A stretch of 20,000 nucleotides of DNA, taken from the NCBI GenBank assembly GCA_010093705.1, contig MU006089.1, positions 732,556 to 752,555 of the forward strand. Direction: 5' to 3'. The position numbers and the translations under genes were made by a program. The stretch comes from Patellaria atrata CBS 101060. Taxonomy: Eukaryota. A model generated the notes under the pieces. The model was not told the origin of the DNA. It did not search any database and was given only the letters and a program-made list of their open reading frames with translations. This document shows positions 10,712 to 20,000 of the stretch, piece by piece (position 1 is the first letter of the stretch; each line of letters starts with the position of its first letter).

Positions 10712-11785
10712 CTAATAATTATGATGGTGGAAAATCGGGTGGTCTGGCTCAGGTGGAAAGCCCAGTAGAAACTTTCTGTAAGTCCAGTAATTAGCTCTGA
10801 TCGGATCATACTTTTGAGCGAGTAGATCTAGAGCTTTGGCCGCGTCCGCTTTTGTACCTTCTCCCTCGTAGATATCGGCAAGGACATCCAATGCATGACT
10901 GGAGTGAACGTCATCAGGATGATCCAAGGAAGCGAATTCTGTTGCAAAAGGTTTGATGGTGGATAAAGGTTTGTTGTACTTTCTCAACAAACCACGTACA
11001 TAGTTCCAAGGGCTCTGATTCTGTGGTGCAAGATATATCGCAGCTTGTGCGTATCTATAACCTTCTGTCAGCTAATCCCACTTCAGGTGGTACCACGCAA
11101 AATGACAAAAAGGATTATCTCACTTAAGTTCCCTCTCCAGAACGGTTTCGTCTAAGCTATCTCCTTCGTGTCTTCCGAAGACAACAAACCACCTATGGTT
11201 CCAAGCAGAGTTGTTTCGTACATCAGCTCTCAGTAGTTCGTCTATAGCCTTTAGCTCTGATTCATCGTCTATATCAAAACGCTTCACAAGCCACTGCCGG
11301 TAACTCCAGACGTGATAGTTTTTAGCATCGCGCTCGAACATCTGCGCTATAAACTCGGCCTCACCCTCAGGCGAGTCGAGAGCATCGATGATGGTTTGAC
11401 GGTGGTGCCAGATCTGGTAGTTCTTCTGGTAGTTTAGAGCGGTGGGGTTCAACCAAGCGATCTCTTCTTTCAGGTCTTTCTTCAGTGTGAGCAGGACGCG
11501 GGCCCGGTACAGCCTATTGAATATGTTAGGGATTGTATGGAGAGGAAGCGGAGCGCAGGGGAGCTACCAAACGGTGTAATGTGCGGGATTCATGGAGATG
11601 ATGTCTTCGGTAAGACTAAGTACGCGCTCGCTCATGTCGTTGGAGGCCATCACCGCGCGGAGGTAGGACATCGCTTCGCTGTATTCGTCTGTGTAGGCTA
11701 TTGCGGCGAGGGGATTGGGGCCTCCATCGTCTTGAGGGAGGGGTTCGACGTCCGCCCAGAGGGGGTCGTCAGAGTATACTCCCAT
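10712..11785 (-). CDS. RAM2: Protein farnesyltransferase/geranylgeranyltransferase-I alpha subunit, 3 exons (11785-11568, 11513-11124, 11054-10712), about 316 aa
   Basis: PPTA repeats NPAHYTVWLYR, KNYQIWHHR, AKNYHVWSYR, VRNNSAWNHR and PQNQSPWNYVRG; N-terminal WADVEPLPQDDG...LAAIAY; C-terminal YDPIRANYW. Introns 11567-11514 and 11123-11055 are GT-AG. Confidence 0.96.
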
Positions 11786-12261
11786 GACGTAGAGGCGTAT
11801 ATTTCTGGTGAATCGGACGTGGATACCTATTTGTCGTAGGATTTATAATGTGAGGAACTTCCCTTTAAAAGGTTGAGTGGACTCGGTCTGGTGCTCGAGT
11901 TACTTTTGTAGGTTAGGTTGTTTGCGGGGAGCTTGAGCTTTGACCATGTCGCCGGAAACTGTCACCTCTTTATTCCGAAGTACATCAACCCATCTATACT
12001 CATTCTATATTGCTACCTTAAGACTATTGATTATTTTCTCAGTTATGGATAACGTCTCCGATATGGACTAGAAATTCTAGCTGTAAGTCATATAAACGTG
12101 ACCTGAAGTGCTGCACATCAACGGTTCTCCCATCTGAGCTTTATGAAGTACGTCCTGCTGGAAGATGTAACAGTACGCCATTGAACGTTAAGTTTAGAGC
12201 CTTGTAACTCGATATCTCTCCCTCCATGGTCCCTCCGTTCCGCATTCCTCACTTACTATTC

Positions 12262-12668
12262 ATGGATGCGCTATATCTCCGTCGACCTAATTATACTGTA
12301 CACGAAAGGGCAAAAACGTAAGGGAACTCCTGGTTGAACAGCCCTTACAACTGTTGAAATTTTTTTCCAGTACAGCAGCGCTAAACACATCTTCTGAGTC
12401 TGATGTACAGAAAGGAAGAAATCTTACCAAGAACTCCTGGGTGTACACTTTACTTGGCCATATAGGTTATACAGGTACGATGTTAGCGAGCAGCCCGCCC
12501 GTGCCCGTTTTTTGAGCGTATAGAGACCTTGGAATGCCAACAGTGAGGGATAATGGGATGTCTAGGGGAGGCGTACTAGAAGAAGAGATGTTCATTGTGG
12601 AACTCACAGAACAGAACAAAACCTGGTTCTTTCAAGATGCTTACGCGTCATCTCAAGAAGCACTCTAG
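12262..12668 (+). CDS. Hypothetical 3-exon orphan ORF or gene relic (12262-12317, 12371-12474, 12544-12668), 94 aa
   Basis: An ATG, two GT-AG introns of 53 and 69 nt and a TAG join in one frame. Branch sites are weak and no domain is recognisable. Confidence 0.25.
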
Positions 12669-12968
12669 AAGCGGAGTATCTCCTTACGCGGTTGGAGAAA
12701 TGGAATCCTGAGCTAGCAAAAGACTTTAGTCTGAAGGAAACTGCTATATCGAAAGCAGCATTCCGCCTTCTCGTCTGAAAAGACTCGCTTATAGCCAGAG
12801 ATCTCTCTGAAGAAATAGGTTCATAGACATAACCAAGAGTCAATATCCATATCTATATATTGAGTTCTCTAGCTGTTTGATATAATGCTATATCCCCCTT
12901 TCAGTTTGCCATAAACGCCTACCAATGCGATAAACCTCCATTTCAAATATTCGTCAAACTACAGCCTC

Positions 12969-14162
12969 TTAAGCCTCGGTCCGCGTATTCTCTAGCTTCA
13001 TCAACAAGATATCGCAAGCACCAATTTCCGTGAGCTGGTCCATGATATCCGCGGCGTCCTTTTTGGCGACCATGGCCTGGATGGCGACCCAGCCTTCCTC
13101 GTCGAGCGTCGTGATGGTCAGAGCACGTTTGCCTGGTGTTATAGAACGCGCTGCGTCTACAGAGGAGCGCAAGATGTTGTAAGTGCAGAGGACATATTTT
13201 TGCGCGGCTACATATTGAGTTAGGGGAATTAAGAGGAGAAAATTGGTAAGGACCGTAACTTACTGATCACGCCCCTTATTCTTGCGACTATCAGATTAAC
13301 TAGTCTGGGATCTGATGGGTGTTTCGATCTTATAAGCACAGCCGTGCTTTCGACGACCGTGGATATAGCTTTGAGGCCAGCTGCGCGCATCGTTTCTCCG
13401 GACTCTAAAAGGGAGTCAGAAGCTCATTTATCCAATATGAGTTTAGTCATTATCTGCGTACCAACAAGATCGACAATACCGTCCGCAACTCCAAGAGCGC
13501 AAGCGGCCTCTACACTTCCACCAACGTACTTGATACTTGTTTTCGGTCTTGATTGGGAATCACCATTCATCTGTGCTCCGTAGACTCTCTCTTCTAATTT
13601 CCTGAAGTAAGCTTCAGCAAGATGTGTGAAACTTGTCACTACATTCTTCCCAAGCAGTTGTTCCGGCCTTTCAATAGTACCATTCTCAGGCACTTGGACT
13701 TGCAGATTACATCTTCCAAACTCTAGATCCAAAATCTCGTCCACGCCAGTCGTTTCCGTAGGCGGTACGACGGCTTCATGCTCTGCTACTTGATCTCTTC
13801 CAGTTATACCTAGATCTACCCGTCCCTCCCCAACGAAGGTGGGGATATCTGCGGCGGGGAGGAAGACCAGGGCTAATGGGTGGTTTTGCACAAGGGCGAT
13901 ATCAAGGCGATTATGACGGTGGAATTTGATATCAGAACCGTGAAGGAGATCTAGACATTTCTGGTGGAGGCGTCCCTCTGCTATTATGTCAATATTGAAT
14001 CATAGTGAGGATGACGCGGTTATACTGACTCTTAGGGACTGCGAATAAGAGCCGATCATTTAAACTGCCAATTGAATCGGTCAGTCTCGGAAGGAATTGC
14101 CAGTGATACTCTTCTTCACTCATAGTTATAGTCGAAATGTCTTACTGATTTACAAGATCCAT
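12969..14162 (-). CDS. HIS1: ATP phosphoribosyltransferase (long-form HisG), 5 exons (14162-14146, 14064-14030, 13977-13462, 13404-13264, 13207-12969), about 315 aa
   Basis: Spliced MDLVNHLNDRLLFAVPKKGRL, LPAADIPTFVGEGRVDLGITGRDQ, GGSVEAACALGVADGIVDLVESGETMRAAGL and a C-terminal regulatory domain AQKYVLCTYN...ITPGKRA. All four introns are GT-AG and in frame. Confidence 0.97.
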
Positions 14163-14332
14163 CGTAAAGCTCGAGCGAGAGTTCCCCCTCGATTTGAACC
14201 ACCACGGTGCACAACTGCGGTATTGATCGCTACCACGTGGTTGGAGCAATTGGCCTCCGTTTTGTCGCACAGTATAGTCACTTGGGAGAAGAAATATGCA
14301 GTGGAAGGGATAAAGCAATCAACTACAAACAT

Positions 14333-14340
14333 ATGACTCT
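14333..14340 (+). promoter_or_regulatory. ATGACTCT, candidate Gcn4/CpcA/CPC-1 cross-pathway control site for HIS1
   Basis: TGACTC core about 170 nt upstream of the HIS1 ATG, in the divergent HIS1-RPS28 promoter. Histidine biosynthesis genes are classic Gcn4/CpcA targets. Confidence 0.55.
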
Positions 14341-14745
14341 TAACACTGTTAACGAGGAAAATCCGCACAAGACTGTGGTTAGTTTTTGCGCTTAGCAATG
14401 GGGGGAGAGGTAGAGTAGAGAAGGTTTGAGATAGTAATCAATCGAGAACAACCAGCTTTTAATTGTTATACGCTACATGTATAAGTACATATTGTATCTT
14501 GCTCAACTAATAAATTTTCTGATTCCCCGTTGTCGGCGGGTTGGCGCCATATGTCGTGGGCTATTGTTGTCATTGGTGGGGCAGCTCCAAGTGGAAAAGA
14601 GAGCCAAGTTTGACTCGCTAAACTTGAGCCGCAATCCTGAGGGAAATCCCACACCAAAATTTATCAGCGACGACAACATCTTCTGCTCTACCTCACCTAT
14701 ACCTGGACCAACACCTTCTCTCCCTACCCTCAAATCTAAACTCGA

Positions 14746-14794
14746 GTACGGCTGTCTAATCGTTCGATACTGGGTTTTAGCTAATGGGTCTCAG
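14746..14794 (+). other. Probable 5'-UTR intron of RPS28
   Basis: GTACGG donor, GCTAAT branch site (14780-14785) and CAG acceptor ending 9 nt before the ATG; 49 nt long, like the other introns here. Confidence 0.7.
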
Positions 14795-14803
14795 GTTGCG
14801 AAA

Positions 14804-15123
14804 ATGGATTCCGCAAAGGTCCCGGTCAAGCTCGTCAAGGTCACTCGTGTCTTAGGGCGCACTGGTATGCCCCTCATCAAGAGAGAAACCTCTAGCTTGG
14901 TACTGATGTCGCATTAGGCTCTCGTGGAGGTGTCACCCAAGTCCGCGTCGAATTCAGTACGTAGTTTGGGAATGGTTACAACGAAGCAAGAAGTTAGGGA
15001 CTAAACAATTATCCAGTGGACGATACCACCCGAAGCATCATCCGCAACGTCAAGGGTCCAGTCCGGGAGAACGACATCCTCTGCCTACTCGAATCTGAAC
15101 GTGAGGCCAGGAGATTGAGATAA
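14804..15123 (+). CDS. RPS28: 40S ribosomal protein S28 (eS28), 3 coding exons (14804-14864, 14918-14956, 15017-15123), 68 aa
   Basis: Spliced [68 protein letters not shown] is the canonical eS28 sequence. Confidence 0.98.
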
Positions 15124-16219
15124 GCGGGGCGAAGATGGTTGTAGAGACGGGTAGGGGGTTGGGGGTTGAAGGAGCTCATGTGAGGACTATAGCAATATTA
15201 CAGCGTAGACCATTGCATCAGGGACACCTTTCTTCGGCTTGGTGCAAGGCAATACTCTGGGTTGTATGTTAAAAGATGAGAATTGAAGTGTTTACGGGTT
15301 ATCCGATTCGATTTGTTTTGGAAGAATATCACACCTCCAGTGACCGTCTGTTCCGATCGTCCAGCAAACCTCGAAGGATGGAATTGTTCAATTAGTTGTT
15401 CCCGATCCTGTAATCAGTCTTTGTGTTTCCTTTTCTACAATGACAGTCATGTGAATATTCGTATACTCGGCCATGTTCCCGTTTCGTCACAACCTTTTTT
15501 TTTTGGAGAACTCTCAAACGAATCTATAATATTTTCCTTACTGAGTAATCTCATTCTCTACAATTAATACTAAGTGATTGTTCCATTTCCTGAAGTTACA
15601 ATCCGTAGAGAGTGAACATCTTTCTCAAGTGGAGAAAATGTGTCTGAGTTCTACATTCCAGCTTTATGACCTTGGCCTCTGGGAGCACAATCCATGGAGA
15701 AACAAACTCGTGTTCGCCGATGAGTCGCTTGCGGTATTTCAGCTCTCAATACTCTCAGGTTCCATCCAATCCATATGCGGGTGGTCGTGTCGATTTCGTC
15801 CGACTGTTATATAACCTACATAGTATAGGGGATGGAGAACTGTTCTTAAGACTGGCTGTCAGTTATGTTTATCCAAGCAGTAGGAACCTCAAATCACCAC
15901 TAAGCACTTCAAACCATTGTAGAGGTTGCCAACCCTAAAATTCCAGATTGCATTTATAGCTCTGAGTTCCAGAAAGAGACATTTTACTTCAGTTCTTCTG
16001 ACAGACTAGACGAATGTCCTTTCTTTTCCACATTATATGGGTACACTTGCTGATATATATGATAATTGGGTTGACTTCTCATCTATTCCTTCCTGAAGCG
16101 TGAGATCATGAGGTATATGCGTGCTAGTTACTTTGTTTGATCATCAAATATGCCCTTACAGTGGTCTATGAAGATGAGAACGTATAAGTCTCAGCGACTC
16201 CTGCATCTTATATTGCCGA

Positions 16220-16241
16220 TGTGACTGTAACCATATATGGT
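16220..16241 (+). promoter_or_regulatory. Homol-D-like TGTGACTG (16220-16227) adjacent to palindromic CArG box CCATATATGG (16231-16240)
   Basis: Both motifs are exact matches read from the sequence, about 390-410 nt upstream of the eIF2-gamma ATG. Confidence 0.35.
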
Positions 16242-16631
16242 AGTTGGATATTTATATATGGATGCTCTAGACTACACCCATGGAGAATACTTGTTTGAAG
16301 AGCACTGAAGAGGACTTTCTCTTCTCGTGTGAATAGTAAGACGACTAGCACGGATACCTGTTATAATATTAGTCAAAAAAGGTTCTCCAACAGATCCGTT
16401 GAAAGTTGATATGAACACAGTTAAAAAGGAGAGACTTGGCTTAAAAGGGGAGCTGTGGTGCGTTGGACGTTGTTCGTATGCCAAGACTTTGTCCCGCCTC
16501 CGCTGCCTTTGACGTTCTTTCGAATTTCGCTCATGGGTCGACCAGATATTTGTGTGCTGAAAACCGAGACGACCTCCACCCACAACCATATCCTCAAATC
16601 GACTGGACGTAGCCTTCATACTAACACCAAT

Positions 16632-18299
16632 ATGGATTCAGACTCAGACATTCCCCATGACGAGAACGTGCCAGACCAAGAATCCGAAGCTGACGAGCCA
16701 GAACCAGAAGTGAAGCCCAAGTCGGCGCTGAAAAAGCCTTCAACACCTGCTCCAGCGATCTCAAGACCGCCACTACCTGAACAACCCGATCCGAAAACGT
16801 TAGATGTATCGACACTAACCCCTCTCTCTCCCGAAATCATTTGCAGACAAGCAACGATCAATATTGGTACAATAGGGCATGTCGCTCACGGGAAGTCAAC
16901 AGTCGTCAAGGCGATATCCGGCGTGCAAACTGTTAGATTCAAGAACGAGCTGGAACGAAACATCACGATCAAGTTGGGTTACGCGAATGCTAAAATCTAC
17001 AAGTGTGATAATCCGGAGTGTCCGCGACCAACATGCTATAGAAGTTTCAAGAGTGAGAAGGAGATAGATCCAGCATGTGAGCGGGACGGTTGTTTAGGAA
17101 CTTATAGGCTGTTACGACATGTATCGTGAGTTACTAGGCCGGACTCATTCTTCTTATACGGATACTAATTAGTACCGGAAAGATTCGTAGACTGTCCTGG
17201 TCACGATATTCTCATGAGTACCATGTTATCAGGCGCCGCTGTCATGGATGCTGCTCTGCTGTTAATTGCCGGTAACGAAAGCTGTCCACAGCCTCAAACT
17301 TCCGAACATTTGGCCGCTATTGAGATCATGAAGCTGAATCACATCATTATATTACAAAACAAGGTTGACTTGATGAGGGAAGAGGGCGCAGGTCAACACT
17401 ACCAGTCAATCCTAAAGTTTATTCGAGGAACGGTAGCAGATGGATCTCCAATCATTCCCATATCTGCGCAGCTCAAATTCAACATTGATGCTATCAACGA
17501 ATATTTAGTTACTAAGATACCTGTACCTCCCCGAGACTTTACCGCAGCACCGCACATGATTGTTATTCGGTCTTTCGATGTCAATAAACCAGGCGCCGAG
17601 ATTGAGGACTTGAAAGGAGGTGTTGCTGGTGGTAGTATCCTCAACGGTGTGCTTAAGCTTGGTGATGAGATCGAAATCAGACCCGGTATTGTCTCGAAAG
17701 ACGAGCAAGGTCAGATCAAAGCGAAACCAATCTTCAGTCGAGTTGTATCACTGTTCGCGGAACACAATGACCTAAAGTTTGCAGTACCTGGTGGCTTGAT
17801 TGGTAGGCATCCTGACATCCTTCCCCTAGCTATAACTGACATGTACAGGCGTTGGTACCAGGGTCGATCCCACGTTATGTCGTGCCGATCGACTTGTCGG
17901 GTTTGTTCTTGGACTACGAGGCAAACTCCCCGCCATTTACACTGAACTGGAGGTTAATTACTTCCTGCTCCGCCGACTATTAGGTGTCAAGACAGCAGAC
18001 GGCAAGCAAGCCAAGGTCGCAAAGCTAGCAAAGAACGAAGTTCTTATGGTTAATATTGGTAGCACTGCTACTGGAGCTAAAGTCATCGCAGTGAAGGCTG
18101 ATGCTGCAAGATTGAGCTTGACAGGTCCGGCATGTACTGAGGTGGGCGAAAAGATTGCGCTCAGTAGGCGTATTGAGAAGCATTGGCGGTTGATCGGATG
18201 GTAAGCATGGTTTACTCCCTTTTGCGCGAGTGGGAAACTAATTATACTTACAGGGCAAACATTGTCGCTGGAACTACACTTGAGCCAACCGTGGATTGA
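16632..18299 (+). CDS. GCD11: Translation initiation factor eIF2 gamma subunit, 4 exons (16632-17125, 17183-17802, 17849-18200, 18254-18299), about 503 aa
   Basis: [19 protein letters not shown] (G1), [26 protein letters not shown] (G3), [18 protein letters not shown] (G4) and C-terminal [14 protein letters not shown]. Intron 1 (17126-17182) must end in AAG to keep RHVSFVDCPGH. Confidence 0.98.
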
Positions 18300-19136
18300 G
18301 CTCAGGGGGTGGGATGAGAAACGGGCATGAATGATGATTACCTTGAGATATACTAAGATAGAGGAAGGTGGACCGTAATAGCTCGGGTATGACGACTGAT
18401 ATTACAGGTCCCTGTAGCATTCTTCTCGTAGCGCTTTCTAGTTTATCTTCCTTGATAGCATTTAGAAGCAACTGAAGGCGCGGTGCATCTGTATAGGGCA
18501 TAGAAAAGTTGTGGGAGAGAGTTGCGAGATTTGCGAGATCGACGCTTTTTGGAAAAAGATAAAGTATATACGTCTAGTATAACTTTAGATCTAGAATTAG
18601 TCGAACTTAAATCTGAATCAGCTTATAGAATTCTGAGCAGTGTTTCTGTCTTCCTTTTTGGACGCCTTGAATTGAGCCAAGAGAAATGTTGAATTGGTGG
18701 GCGGGAAAATTGATCCAGGTCCGCCGTAGCAGAGTCGAACTAGATTCAGGATCACATGCAAGCTCTGAAACTGCTTCTTTTCATTCCAGCTACTGAACAC
18801 ACGTAAGGTAGGGCCAATACCCGTGGGAGGATCATCTATTCGCAGATCAGAGTTCCCGACTACAGTCTTTCCCCTCTTTTCTCCGCTCTCTTGTATCCCA
18901 TCTATTTATAATGATTGAAAGCCCGCTGTCAGGAAACGCTACCCCATAAGCGCTTCGAAGTTCACACTCGCCGTTTCTCACGTGGGCTATTTTTCTCCGT
19001 CATTCCTTTCGTAGCAACAATTGCAAAGCATCCAGTACAGCAATTACACAGCTATACGCAAGTTCGACTCATTGTACAACAACAGAAACTTAGATCCGGT
19101 GAACCCCTCGTTGTCCGCTTAATTGACAGTACCACC

Positions 19137-19970
19137 ATGCCTCACTCCACCATTGAAGAAACCACGGCAGACCCTCCTCCGATCCTCCGCCCTCTACCTC
19201 GCCGTCCTTTCGAACTCTCACCCACCGATTCCTTCCCATCGACACCCCATAACGAGCGCTCCAACTCCAATCCCAACCTCGAGCTGACCAACGGCACTTC
19301 TACCCCATCCCGCTCCCGCTCCATCCTCAACCTTACCTCATCCACACTCTTTGGCATCTACTCCCCCACTACAGAAGACAACCACATCGGTACTTCTGTA
19401 CCACCCACTCCATGGGGTACAGGTGCAGAGACGCCTCGCGGGCGCAATGGCAGCGTAGATTCCCAGTCCATACGCAGCAGCCTCGCAGGTCTACAGCTAG
19501 ACGGCTCACGATCGCAAACGGGGCCTGGACGACCGACCTCGCGATCCAAGGGGACAGGAGCGGGATTAAAACATAGACAGCCGTCACGGTGGTCGGTTAT
19601 CGCAACTGTAGTGGGTAGCACGGCGGTCCTCTTCGGCTTCGGTGTGGCGTACGGTGTCATCATCTCCCACTTGCGGGATAATCGCCACTTCGCGCCGGTA
19701 CGGGTCGAGGGCATCGATAGGAATAGCAAGATATACCTCGCATTCTGGGGATTAGCAGGGGTGTGGATGGGCAACATGCTACCGTGGGTGGACTCGGTAT
19801 GGGAGACACGAACAGTACCATCTAGCCCCTTAGTCAACGGCGTTCGGGAGAAGTTCACCCCAGAGAACGAGCGCGCGAAGGGCATGGTTGACGAAGACGC
19901 CCCGGCACGCGGAGACTGGAGTCAGATCGTCAGGAGCATAGGCGCGTTCGTGGGGATTGCGTTCGCGATC
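19137..19970 (+). CDS. INSIG-domain (Nsg1/Nsg2-like) ER membrane protein, first exon (278 codons); gene continues beyond window
   Basis: ATG in ACCACCATG context. Translation includes RPLPRRPF, SRSILNLTSSTLFGIYSP, PTPWGTGAETP, hydrophobic segments LFGFGVAYGVIISHL and YLAFWGLAGVWMGNMLPWVD, and WSQIVRSIGAFVGIAFAI, followed by a GTGAGT donor at 19971. These motifs are typical of filamentous-fungal INSIG proteins. Absent from the ORF track because there is no stop inside the window. Confidence 0.88.
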
Positions 19971-20000
19971 GTGAGTCCATCCCCCTACCACAACGACCCA

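Noticed and set aside
14477..14917. 146-aa ORF suggesting an N-terminally extended S28
   Set aside because: The frame runs through the promoter and the 5' UTR intron and into intron 1; the real start is the conserved MDS at 14804.
15283..15938. Three 78-94 aa ORFs between RPS28 and GCD11
   Set aside because: Non-protein-like composition, and I found no consistent splice model or domain.
19010..19078. tRNA-like segment (TAGC...AATTG...GTTCGACTC)
   Set aside because: Acceptor, anticodon and T stems do not pair properly; kept only as a B-box-like motif.
19058..19129. Possible GC-AG 5' UTR intron of the INSIG gene (GCAAGT...TTGACAG)
   Set aside because: Weak branch site and no coding constraint to test it; cannot be supported without transcripts.
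19142..19885. Minus-strand ORFs of 71, 72 and 175 aa
   Set aside because: Antisense shadows of the plus-strand INSIG exon.
1..20000. Transposons, LTRs, CRISPR arrays, rRNA/snRNA genes, long AT-rich RIP tracts
   Set aside because: By eye I found no transposase/RT motifs, terminal repeats, spaced repeat arrays or recognisable RNA gene sequence; no covariance-model search was run.

Overview
Gene-dense, intron-containing region of a filamentous ascomycete (Pezizomycotina-like: GT-AG introns mostly 46-81 nt, CTRAY-type branch sites). In order: 3' end of a cytochrome P450 (+), PEX1 (-), a GMC oxidoreductase without signal peptide (-), L-serine/threonine dehydratase (+), RAM2 prenyltransferase alpha subunit (-), HIS1 (-), RPS28 (+), eIF2-gamma/GCD11 (+), and the first exon of an INSIG/NSG-family membrane protein (+, missed by the ORF track). 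Exon structures were rebuilt by hand and give intact frames. I see no mobile element, CRISPR array, RNA gene or coherent new multi-gene pathway; this is mostly housekeeping sequence. The most unusual signal is in splicing: three genes have tandem 3' splice sites where the productive AG is not the first one. In the serine dehydratase, a TAG-AAG-CAG triple acceptor gives protein only from the middle, weak AAG; both YAG neighbours create an in-frame UGA. In PEX1, a TAGTAG acceptor gives a stop codon if the first AG is used. Two candidate spliced orphan ORFs, a HIS1 allosteric-loop substitution and several promoter/UTR motifs are lower-confidence leads.
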